A stretch of 64,000 nt of DNA from Macrostomum lignano (lineage: Eukaryota): assembly GCA_002269645.1 (NCBI GenBank), contig NIVC01000368.1, positions 62,001 to 126,000 on the forward strand, in the 5' to 3' direction. The notes under the pieces are model-generated. The model was not told the DNA's origin and did not search any database. It saw only the letters and a program-made list of their open reading frames with translations. The stretch's first letter is position 1. Every line of letters starts with the position of its first letter. The translations under genes and the position numbers were made by a program. This document shows, piece by piece, positions 54,201-64,000 of this stretch.

Positions 54201-55360
54201 TCATAGGACCTGGCCAATTCACTACGGTGTGAGCTTTCAGAACATGGAGCTGGAGCAAGAGCTAGTCGCATTTCGATTCTTTCTGTTGCTGATGAAGCAG
54301 ATGCTAATGCTGAGTCTGCCAATGTACCTGCTTCTCTTGAAGGTGTATTTATGATGGCTTCAATATTGTCCTCTAAAATCCAATGAGCACCTGAGCAGTC
54401 ATTTTCTCTACCTGGAGTCAACTGTCCAAGTTTCCACCTTGTAAAAAGCAAAGGCTTTCGTAACTCACTGCCGGATTCAGGGCACCGGTTTATTGAATAG
54501 TCCTCATGACCAAGTTCATCCCATTCTCTTGCTGGCTTTAAGATGTAGTTGGGCTTGTCTCTTAGCCTACGATAAATGGACTCAAAAAATGTGCACCTGT
54601 TATTTTGCGTACTTCGTGCATAGATGATCATGTAATGCACATTGTTCCTAATAATTTCAGCTAATGAGTTATCAATGATAATTTTATCTTCATAAACAGG
54701 TCTTCTTTGTGTTGCATGCATTTTAGCTAGTTGCAGTTTTCCAATGCTACTGGCAGTTGTGGAACTTGAACTGTCCGATTCTGATCTAGAAAAGTCTCGT
54801 TGATACAAGAGAATAATGGCCATAGCACTTTTACCATTCCCATTCTTTAATGCATTTGGTTCTGTTGGAATTGTCTTACTAGCAGACTTGAAAAAATCAA
54901 TGATGGATGACTGCGATGATCCACTAGGAGCGGAACTTGGCAGCCCATGTCTAGTTTTTCCCTGATACCCAATAGATGTATCGGTAAAAAACATATCTGC
55001 TGCTTCCTGCTTCTCTTTTGATGCAATAACAAAGAAACTGCTGTCCGTTTTGAAGCCCGAGGACCGATAGAAGTCAGCAGAAAATGAAACCACAGGTCGT
55101 CTAAAATTGCCGCTATATTCTTGAACTCCAATCAGAAGAAAATCACGGAGTCTCACTGGCACTGATCCTAATAGCATTGCAGTTGTGGAACAAACTTTCT
55201 TCAGCTCAATGAACTCTGAAAATTCTTGAGATCCAATATTAGGCTCATCAGTATTTAACTCATTTATAACAATTGAGCACTCACTCTCAGCTAGAATACC
55301 ATTGATAGCTAGGATGCCACTTAGAATCAGTAGGCAAAGACAACTAAGGCTGTACATCAT
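51206..55360 (-). pseudogene. Signal peptide + LTD-like domain + TTF-type Zn finger + hAT DDE transposase fusion (about 1337 aa reconstructed), disrupted in this copy
   Basis: Exons 55360-53733 and 53601-51206 joined by a 131-nt GT-AG phase-2 intron. Transposase motifs SIVLDTTSD, GVTTDGASVMTG, HCAAH, IRWV, LPISSAEAERGFS. Lesions: TGA at 53773-53771, TAG at 53372-53370, 10-bp duplication at 51545-51564. Confidence 0.82.
53771..55360 (-). CDS. Intact 529-aa ORF: predicted secreted lamin-tail-domain-like protein (N-terminal part of the transposon gene)
   Basis: MMYSLSCLCLLILSGILAINGILA signal-peptide-like segment; IVINELN...EFIEL and YSINRCP...TPGRENDC motifs; paired cysteines. Acceptor CAG 1 nt before the ATG, with a 5'UTR intron at 55362-55455. 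Confidence 0.7.
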   Translation of the reverse strand: MMYSLSCLCLLILSGILAINGILAESECSIVINELNTDEPNIGSQEFSEFIELKKVCSTTAMLLGSVPVRLRDFLLIGVQEYSGNFRRPVVSFSADFYRSSGFKTDSSFFVIASKEKQEAADMFFTDTSIGYQGKTRHGLPSSAPSGSSQSSIIDFFKSASKTIPTEPNALKNGNGKSAMAIILLYQRDFSRSESDSSSSTTASSIGKLQLAKMHATQRRPVYEDKIIIDNSLAEIIRNNVHYMIIYARSTQNNRCTFFESIYRRLRDKPNYILKPAREWDELGHEDYSINRCPESGSELRKPLLFTRWKLGQLTPGRENDCSGAHWILEDNIEAIINTPSREAGTLADSALASASSATERIEMRLALAPAPCSESSHRSELARSYEFSEQIAANRDHAVQTAAAETSNFCSAANVQERRELLENDQQTSKLQVEIIRQVNIQRQSTKRSLCQSPIVDLDSSDSRGSGDVEIVQVNTAEAGPSQRKIPCISTSADACLATSASKPSSSSMMGENIEVFPKKDWEDTSGF

Positions 55361-57713
55361 TCTGTGAAAGATTAAGTCGAGTATATGATTTTGGTGATAA
55401 AATAAAATTGATTTATGAGTATTACTATATAAATAAAACATTTAAAAGCCCTTACCTTTACCAATTCATGTACAGAAAGTAAGTGTAAATACAACCAATT
55501 GCCTTGGTAGTTTAGTTATATGCTCGTATCAGATGCAGGCAGACAGCATAGGCTGCCAAGGTGCTATAAGTTAAGGTTAACTTTCACTATTTGGCTTTAC
55601 AGACTGCTTTTATCGCTGCATGCATTGGCTTAGCCTTAGCTTGTGCCATCATACTCATACAGCTATATATACATATGTATCTCTGCCACTCCCCACTTTT
55701 GCAACCTTACACTGTACAATCATGCCTAAAACACTCCGTGTCAAGTGTACTGTTCTAGTGCCACATGGGGTACAAATACGATTAGGAATGACAAGAGTCA
55801 AAACCATACATGCACAATAGTTGGCCGATATGGACGACTGATTTGGCGGCCAACCAAGGTAAGTTGCAAAAATGCCCACCCAAATAAATACCAAAGTAGT
55901 ATTAAGTAGCTGACGAAGCATTTTGCCTTAATAAAGACAGTCATATTTACTCCTGCCGTTTACCCAAAGTTGCGTTAATTTTGCTTTCAGGTTTTTTTCA
56001 TGTAAGTCGCATTTTTGGCCGAAAACTACGTCGCATTTTTGTTAAAACTAAGTCGCACGGCCGACCAAATTTTGGAGGTTGCGCATGTATGAATGAGGAG
56101 TAGGCTTACTCCAACCAACATTGGTCACTTCATCAACTGCCAATTTATTACCCATTGTGACTGCAAAAAAACTAAAAGGTAACTGGTCGTTTGGCCCATC
56201 AACATTTTGGCCATGGACATTTCACCCCCAGACCATTTCACCTATTAACTATTTTGGCCATGGACCATTTTGCCTACAATTTGCCTCCAACTGACCAACC
56301 ATTTACTTTTATACTTTATCACAATTTTACACTTTGTGCTTTGATTTTCAATTTTGGTGACAAATCTTATTTGTTTAGTATTTTTGGCTTTATCTTGCTT
56401 GTAACTGTGAAAGTGAAACCCTTTCTCACCCCTGGAGTTTGATTATACAAATTGGCTTTAATTGGATTGCACTTTTGAAAGGAATAACTTTAAAAAAACT
56501 TATAATAGGCCTAATTTACAATTGTAATAAACAAAATCGCAATAACGTAATAACACAATTGTTGTAGCAACAATTTATAGCATTTTTATTACACATTAAA
56601 ATTAAAAATTAGCATTGAAAACAAAGAAAATAAAGATACATGTATGGTTGTATCTCTAGTTAATACATAGGCCTAGGCCTAATCATTATTTTGGCCAAAG
56701 CAGTAAGCACCCATTGATTGCCAAACTGGTTTATGAGCAAAACAGACTATGGGAAAAATGGTCCGGGGGCAAAATGTCAATGGCCTGTGGCTGAAATAGT
56801 TTAGGCTAAATTAGGGGCGAAACAACCAGAATTCAACTAAAACTAGGCCTAAATCCTAAAGGCTGAAATGAAATGACTATTGACTAGGTATACTAATTAT
56901 TATAAATACCCTTCTGCACAACATCTGCCAGCAGCCAGCTTTGATTGATGTGTCTCTGACTAGCCTATATTAACAAACTATAGACCTAATGTCAATGACA
57001 AATGCACTCATGTGTTTGAAATGAATGCAGCAGGATAGGGATATCCCGTGTTACACATTTCTTGTCAAATTTTTGGATGTATAAATTCATTTATAATTAG
57101 GCCTAAGGAGTAGGCCTAGTTGATGAGCACTGGACCAAAGATATGATGCTTGAAATGGCACTAGTGGTAGTGCCCCTACGGCCTACTAGGCTATTAAAAT
57201 TTAAAAGGAGCTATTACATTACACTTACAGTATTAATAGGGCATATTAGGAAAACTAATCGTAAAAAACATAAGAAAACAACGGTTCAAACCAAAAAATG
57301 TTGACTGCCGACTCAAGTCTCACTCTTAGTAAGTAGCATGACAGTTAGGTCCGAGTTAGCAAAAATGGCACAACAGCACAGCACAATCCGCGGCCGCTGG
57401 TAAAAAAATAATAGAAAACGTCGTAGAAACTAGTCCTGATTTACCGTAAAAAAACTACCCTGTAAAACAAATATTTTTGTTTTATTTACTTTAAGTGTAT
57501 TTAAAACTATATTTTGTATACAAAAATAAAAAACACAAATTAATTTACACTTTAGTTATTTCTATACTGATTTTGTACTGTCGTAAAAGCGTTGTGCAAA
57601 TTTCAAATTTTACTTTTTCTAAGAAGCAAGTTTTCGTTTTCGGCTTAGGATTCGTGCTTATTCCACCGATGTCTTGAATTTTAAATTTAATACCAAAATA
57701 TACTTGATGTACT

Positions 57714-59743
57714 ATGTTTACCTTAACTATTTCAATTCCTAAATCTTCACGACACTCGAACCCAAATGAAGTCAGTTGGGAACTTGTGCATTCGTACTTC
57801 TCAGATCTTTTTTCGGAAGAATTTTTGTGTGTTGTCAAGCCTTTCAATGGGGACCACACATTGGCAAAATTGTATTTCAAGAACAAAGGTAAGTAATTCT
57901 GTTAATATTAACACTATTCCTCGGTGCTATGGTAATATCATTTTTGCAAACTTTAAGTAAGAATGCAATGAAGTAGTACTACTACTGACTTGCGATGCTA
58001 GCTACAATTTCAAATAGGAGGGCTAAGTTAAGTAGGCTAGCTAGATAGGAGCTCACACTCCAGAGTCTGGATCATGTGGTATACGCTCGAAAATTTGGGC
58101 ATGCATTGACCTTGCATGCAAAAAGTAGGCGTGCACAGCTGGCGTGCATCACAACTAAGAAAATAGTGTTCATGCACACCTGGTATGGTATGCACTTTAT
58201 AGAATAGAAATACAACCTTCTTGCACAATCATTGGCTTACAACTTTTAACTATACATGTTCAAGCTTGCGGTGCAGCATACAAAAGCATTGAAGTATGTC
58301 ATAATTATGTAAATTATGCAAAACAATTTTTGCTGTAATAAAATTAATTTTAAAGTTATGACAATAAATAAATTTATTTAAGATATATACTTGAAGTTTC
58401 TATAGTTACTAGTAAAAATACTAAAAACAATAGTATACATAACTATTTTGTTTTACTAATTGTTTCTATTTTTTAATTAATTTAGGTTTTGTTTTTTGCA
58501 GCAATTATTTGCTGTGTATCTATTGCTAGAGACTCCGGCGAGCTCCGAGTAGCGTGGTTGAAACTAGAAAAAACGTACATTTAGCACCTACTTCAAACAG
58601 AAAACTAAGATAGAAAAAATATGACTGTGTAAAAACTGAAATACACAATAAAAAGCACAATAAATGTACTTCAAAATGAGTGCTCAAACAGCTTCTAAAG
58701 TCGATCAGAGACAAAGTTATGGACAGTTAAAGTTTCATCATTTTTGCATTCCCATGCAAAATGAAGCCTATTTTACGGTAAAAATCGTGACTTTGGAAAG
58801 TCTAATTTTTAATAACGAAATGACCGTTTTAAACAAAAATAATCAATATAAAAGCAATCTAGGCATAATTAAGTATCATTTTATGTAAATTTCAGAAGAA
58901 AAAAATATTCCCTGTTGCCTACAGGGGTAGTCCAAATTTTTTTCTTCGATTTCTTTGTATCATCCGATTGCTGCACGGAATTCAAATGTAAATTTCTTTA
59001 TTCTTTGTTGCAAGTGGAAGGACATGCAGAAAACCGTTTGGGATTACCTAGTCGCGCATTGCTACTAAGTTGATTCAAAGATCATAGTAAAATCAAAGTA
59101 AATGTCTATTTAAAATATATTTTTTATTTTTTTTGAGAAAAAAAGAGACGCACAAATACAGTTGATATTGACTTTCATACATAATTGCATGACAAGTGTG
59201 AGGAATGAAAGTTCCTTCTGACAACTGACCGCGCACTTAGAAATATGAGCATCAATATGTTTCAGCGAGATTCAGGTAAACGGCAGGAGTAACTATGACT
59301 TTCAGTGCAAATGCAATTGCATCGTCACCTTATTAGTAGGAAAAATGAACATTTTTAAACTGTATTTTGTAAGTTAATTGCACTATGAAGTCAATACACA
59401 CTGTCTTGAAATTCATTTCCATGATAACCATTACAACTGCTGTCTTCAAGATGTGTACTCTTCTATTCTATGTACACATTGTACATGGGGGTCATATGAG
59501 AGGCTTCCGTTGGAAAGCTGCTGGATATCAGACCCCAGCATAGTGATCCCAACAAGCGACCCCTGGCATTCGTCTGGTCAACGATGCAAACTCTCAAAAA
59601 TGTATGGTATGTATGGTACAGAGTACCGTGGAACTGTTGCAATAGGTTTATGCCTGTGCAATAAAAGCAGGTAGGTGATTTTTTATATGGCATTGAAAAG
59701 CAGCCATTTTGTTTGAATGTCTTCTGACTTATGCAGCTACTGA
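57714..59743 (+). CDS. Possible small spliced gene (about 134 aa, RRM-like pattern), convergent with the second transposase
   Basis: Exons 57714-57888 (donor G|GTAAGT), 59451-59670 (donor AG|GTAGG) and 59737-59743; phases 1 and 2 match. No recognised homologue. Confidence 0.3.
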
Positions 59744-59930
59744 GTTAGCTAGATTCTTCATTGTAATAATGAGTGATTATTTTGGGTGCAAACTCTGAAG
59801 ACTTAACATGCAAATACTAGCCTAGGTGCTAATCTGTGTGGGAGATAGTACATAATATGAATCTCAGGCAACTACGTTTTGTGAACAGACCAAGCTGTGC
59901 TTGAAAAACTTTGTTAAACAATGAATACAC

Positions 59931-62900
59931 TTAGTCATCATCATCATCATAATCGTCATCGTCATCAGAGAGAACATTCAATTCGCCAGCCAGGTAGTCC
60001 TTGTTGAGGTCATAGGTGTACTCCCCTTCAAAATCATCGAACACAACCTTGAACTCCTGGCTGAGAATGTCCCTGCTCTGGCAGGTTGATGGCAGTCGCT
60101 GGAGGACGTGGCCTGGTATCCAGTCCTCCCCATCTGTGAAGCAGAACTTCATCTCGATTCTTCTGCTCACCAGATCGGGGAGGTTGGCCAGCGTCCGCTG
60201 ATTGGTGGTCTCGTCAATGGCGTCGCCCTCATCCTCGTGTCTTCTTCCTCGTCCTCGTCCTCGTCCTCCTCCTTGACCTCGTCCTCCTCCTTGACCTCGA
60301 CCTCGTCCTTGACCTCGACCTCGTCCTTGACCTCGACCTCGTCCGCGTCCGCGACCGCCGCCTCGTCCACCAAGGCCAGGCCCAGCTTGAGCAGCCACAG
60401 CTCCTGCATCTTGAATCCGTTGACGACGCTGCAGCCTGTCAGCAATGGCAGTGCGGACTCGCTCCTTGCGCTCGCGAGCATCCAGGAGGCCGGACGGAGG
60501 CACGGTGGGCGCATCGGCACCCTTTTGCTGGTCCTGTAGTTCCACTATCTGCAGAACTTCACGCAGTTGGCTTCGCAGTTGAGGCACACTGCGCTTGACA
60601 CCAGCCGCGGAGAAGTTGAGCAGGCTGGCCTTGTCCTTGGGCAGGTGGATCTCTACAAAATATTACATGAAACATAATTTTCATGCTAAGCAGTGAGCAA
60701 ACAGACACATTTTTCTGCCCACACGTACTGGTCGCTTTGTGCAGTTGCAGCTGTGCTTTGATGGCCTTCTCGTGCTGGTCAGGGGCTAGTTGGTGCAGCA
60801 CAGCGTCCATCCTGGAGATGGTTGGCCAGAGTCCGCCGTAGGCCTCGATGACACGGAGAATGGATCGGATGCTCTCGGCGTTCGAGTCCTTCTTGCGCTG
60901 CTTTTCAGCTAGCTTGGCGCGGAGAATCTCCTGGCGGCAGCTGCGCAAGGCGTCGGCGCTCTCCTTCCCTCGCTTTTCGAGCTGAGGGACCAGCTTCCGT
61001 GCCCTGGTAAGAAGGAGGTCCTTCTCGCGCTCCGTCTTGTCGGCCAGCCACTCGGACGTGCAGTTATAGCCGAAGAGCACAAGCGACTCGCGCGCAAGAG
61101 GGCGCATGTTGGGCCTGTCTGCGACGCACTTATCCAGCATCCCGAAGCCTCGCTCGACTGCTACGTTGTCCTTAGGCGCAGATGAGACAAGCTGGGCAAC
61201 TTCTGGCGTGAGCTGCCGCAGAGTGCCCCCAGGCAGGTGGTCACGCACCTCTCTCTCTAGCAACACAAGCATGTGTGTCGCCATGATCTGAAGTGGTGTT
61301 TTAAAGTATAAAAGCTACAATCTATACATTCGTTAATGTTCATTGATACTGTACTGTACTTTGTGACTAATCAGCGCATTCATAATTCAAAACCCATATT
61401 TACCTGCAGAGCCTGGCCGACAATCTCGTTCTCCAAGGCTGTCAGCTCAGACGTCAGCGCCGCCCAGATGTCCTGCAGCTGGATGTCCCGGAGAACCGTC
61501 TGGGCCAGTTCGGGAAATGGGCCAATCATGCTGCTGGCCACAGTAACGCCCTCGGACGATGACAGCTGGCGCAGCCAATTGCAAGCGCGCTCATAGCGTT
61601 CGTTCATGTCCGTGAGGGTCACGTCTCGGCAGCGCAGGAGCACCCACAGTGGCCGGATTAGCAGAACGTCAGCAATTCCGAGTGCACGGCAGCCACTCAG
61701 CAGCAAATCAGATGCCAAGTCAGCCTGCACTGCGATCAGCAGGCGGTTGCTGCAGGTGTACTCAGCCAGGAACTCGGACAGGCGGTCTCGCTGCCAGAAA
61801 ATGTTTCCCCCGTTGGGAAATGTGATGTAGGCGCGGTTGCCACGGAAGTCGTCCAAACGAAGGGACGGTGCGCCCTTCGACTCCAGATACGTTTGAAGCG
61901 GAATCGCAACGCCACACTGTTCACTGCCCAGGGCATGGAACGCCTTGCAGACGGTGCGGATTAGACGCTGCGTGCCAGATTCAGCTTGGGACGGGCGGAA
62001 GCCAGGGAGGGCAGCAGATCCGACGGCCTCTGCAGCCATGCAAGTCTCCCACTCGCGCAGCGCAGCTTCTGCGGCAGCAGCAAGATTTACAATCACATGC
62101 ATGCCGCAGAACAGTGCAGTCACAGGTGGAGGTGGGTTCACGCCTTGCTGGGTTGCCAGCTCCTGCCGCATCTCGTTGAGCAGTACGTTGAGGCACTTGT
62201 TGACCACGTGTCGGTCAGTCATTAGGAAGTTGACGCGTGCCAGTAGATTACACTTCAGGCGGCGTCTCTCTTCGTCGCTCGAGTGGGCAAGAACTACCGA
62301 GCAAAACAGATCGACCAGCTCTTCCACCGAGTAGTCCAGTTCGCGGGCGTAGATGTTCGCGGTGCCACCCTCGACCTCGCGAAGAGAAACAGCCATCGGG
62401 CGGCTGTCCCCAGTGTCAACCTATGAATGGTGCATATGTAATACAAAGCATATTGTGAATATAAAAGTTCATTCTTATTAACTAAAAGTTCTCTTTTTGT
62501 GAATATTAATAATAATAATTAATTATTAAATTCATTTCCTTCCTTTAAGTCCAATTATTTGTCAATATGCACGAAAATGCATTACTCAAGTTTACCTGGT
62601 AGGCGGCATAGTGTCGGCCCTTCTTGCTGGTAGCATCATGCAAGATCGTTATTGGTCGGTCCTCCTTTGCCCCCTGATGCAGCAGCTTCTCCATCGCGCT
62701 CGCCTTAGCTAGGCAGCTGCCAAGGCTGTAGCTCAAAGCACTGACCTGCGAACGCGACGGAAGCGCCAAGTTGCCGGCGTCGATGCCAACGAGGTCCGTG
62801 AGGACGCGTCGAATCGCTGGCTTGACGTGCTGCACAGGGACGTGGCAGTCCAGCACCAAGTGCATACAGGTGCTGATGACCTGGTTCGTGTACTGCTGTC

Positions 62901-63813
62901 CTCCACTCGGACGTGATGTCTTGGTGATGATGGAGCCCACACTCTGCTGTTGAAGCTTCTCGTTTGCTTCACAGATGAGGCCGTGCAAACTGCGGGTATC
63001 GGCTCTGAGCTCCTTCACTCTCTCAGTGGCGAGCTGACTTGACTTGCTACGGCTGTTGGCACGCCTCAAGCGCAGGTCACGCCTACGGCTGGCAGATGAT
63101 GCAAAGGCCTGCCGCTTGGCATGCTCAGCACGCAGCTTGTCGTATCTGCCTTGTAGCCGTCTGAGACGCTGATTCCAGACGCGAATTTCAGGCCGCTTGG
63201 CTAGCTTAGCCCTCAGTCGCCGGACTTCAGCTTTCTGCTCGGCCAGGGCGGCCTTCAGCTGCGCAACTTTGGCTTTGGCCTTGTGAACTCGCAGATCAAC
63301 AATGGCTGCCTCGATGCCGATCTTCTCTTCGACAGAGACACTCATGCCAGACTGCTTCGATTGGTCAAGCCTTGCTGGAGTCGGTGAGTTCGAGGCCATT
63401 GGCATTGGTGATGTTGACAAAGGCACAATCGGCATTGCCATTGGGTTCAACAGCTGTTGCAATGCCGCTGGAGGTTCGAATTCTCGTGCCAAATGGGCCT
63501 CATATGTCGAGATGCCATCACCAGACGCAGCCTCACGAGTGTGACTCTTCAGCAGAATTTGGGCTTCTCTCTCTAAATCCTTAATCCTTTTCAGGAGTGC
63601 CTTCTTCAGATTGTCAGAGACAAACTCCATCAAGTGAGAAGGTAGCCCAACCAGTTTCAGAATCGGCTGGGCCTTGTCAAGTCCTGTATGGGCCTGGCTG
63701 CTGGACTTGAGATGAGTAATCACCTGGCCATTGGTGACTGGGCGAATGGATGATCTGGACCTGCCACGAAGCCGAAGGTTGGGCTTGGTCTTGGGTGTGG
63801 AGGATGTGGCCAT
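59931..63813 (-). CDS. Intact hAT-like DDE transposase (about 1171 aa, 4 exons) with C-terminal RG repeat and Spindlin-like Tudor domain
   Basis: Exons 63813-62596, 62420-61404, 61287-60729, 60652-59931, GT-AG, phases 0/0/1, 3516 nt with no stop. Catalytic pattern LHDATSK (D), LMTDRH (D), CGMH (CxxH), NVAVERGFG (E). Element ends not identified; the 5' end probably lies beyond 64000. Confidence 0.82.
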
Positions 63814-64000
63814 AGATAGTATTGTTTAGTCAGTCAGTACTCCAGTAGTCTACTCCAGTGGCAGCTGGAATGGTAACATATTGATTGACTTACTGAGTTA
63901 CTCAGGTGATTCAGTGCCAAATAAGTATGAATATGTCTCATTATCAATAATGAGACATATAATTTATGTCTCAGTTATCAATAGTTTATAATATATTTGT

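Larger units (their letters stand above)
49739..56091 (-). mobile_element. hAT-superfamily DNA transposon, 6353 bp (ZNF862/KIAA1586-like transposase)
   Basis: Perfect 14-bp TIR CATACATGCGCAAC (49739-49752) / GTTGCGCATGTATG (56078-56091). Perfect 8-bp TSD AATGAGGA (49731-49738, 56092-56099). Internal hAT transposase. Confidence 0.95.

Noticed and set aside
56910-56924. Micro-exon ATG TTG TGC AGA AGG|GTATTT as a cis-spliced first exon of CIP2A
   Set aside because: The phase fits, but the donor is weak, it is 8.5 kb away across the transposon, and such matches arise by chance. Kept only as an alternative to the SL-AUG model.
56100-59900. Terminal inverted repeat for the second transposase element
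   Set aside because: The partner end would lie beyond 64000, so no TIR/TSD pair can be verified in this window.

Overview
Eukaryotic (animal) genomic DNA rich in minisatellites. The style (repeat-filled introns, genes that begin at a splice acceptor rather than an ATG) suggests a free-living flatworm such as Macrostomum; this is an inference, not proven. From left to right: (1) a complete, recently inserted Ty3/Gypsy LTR retrotransposon (1313-6273, minus) with a tRNA-Leu PBS and a -1 gag/pol frameshift signal; (2) a 5-exon NR1J/HR96-type nuclear receptor (+) with a 1-nt frameshift in exon 2; (3) four co-oriented minus-strand housekeeping genes, CIP2A (8 exons), ZNF277 (7), UGP2 (3) and DNAJC30 (2), each with a splice acceptor at or just before the start. 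CIP2A and DNAJC30 have no in-frame genomic ATG, which fits a trans-spliced operon using the AUG at the end of the flatworm spliced leader; (4) a tRNA-derived CORE-type SINE in a ZNF277 intron; (5) a 6.35-kb hAT DNA transposon (49739-56091; 14-bp TIR, 8-bp TSD) whose transposase is spliced in frame to an N-terminal signal peptide plus a lamin-tail-domain-like extracellular module (this copy has 2 stops and a 10-bp duplication); (6) a second, intact 4-exon hAT-like DDE transposase (59931-63813, about 1171 aa) ending in an RG repeat and a Spindlin-like Tudor domain. The two transposase architectures and the SL-AUG/operon arrangement are the most interesting signals. All gene models were assembled by hand from ORFs, GT-AG sites and phase matching. 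Homology calls come from recalled family motifs, not from database searches.
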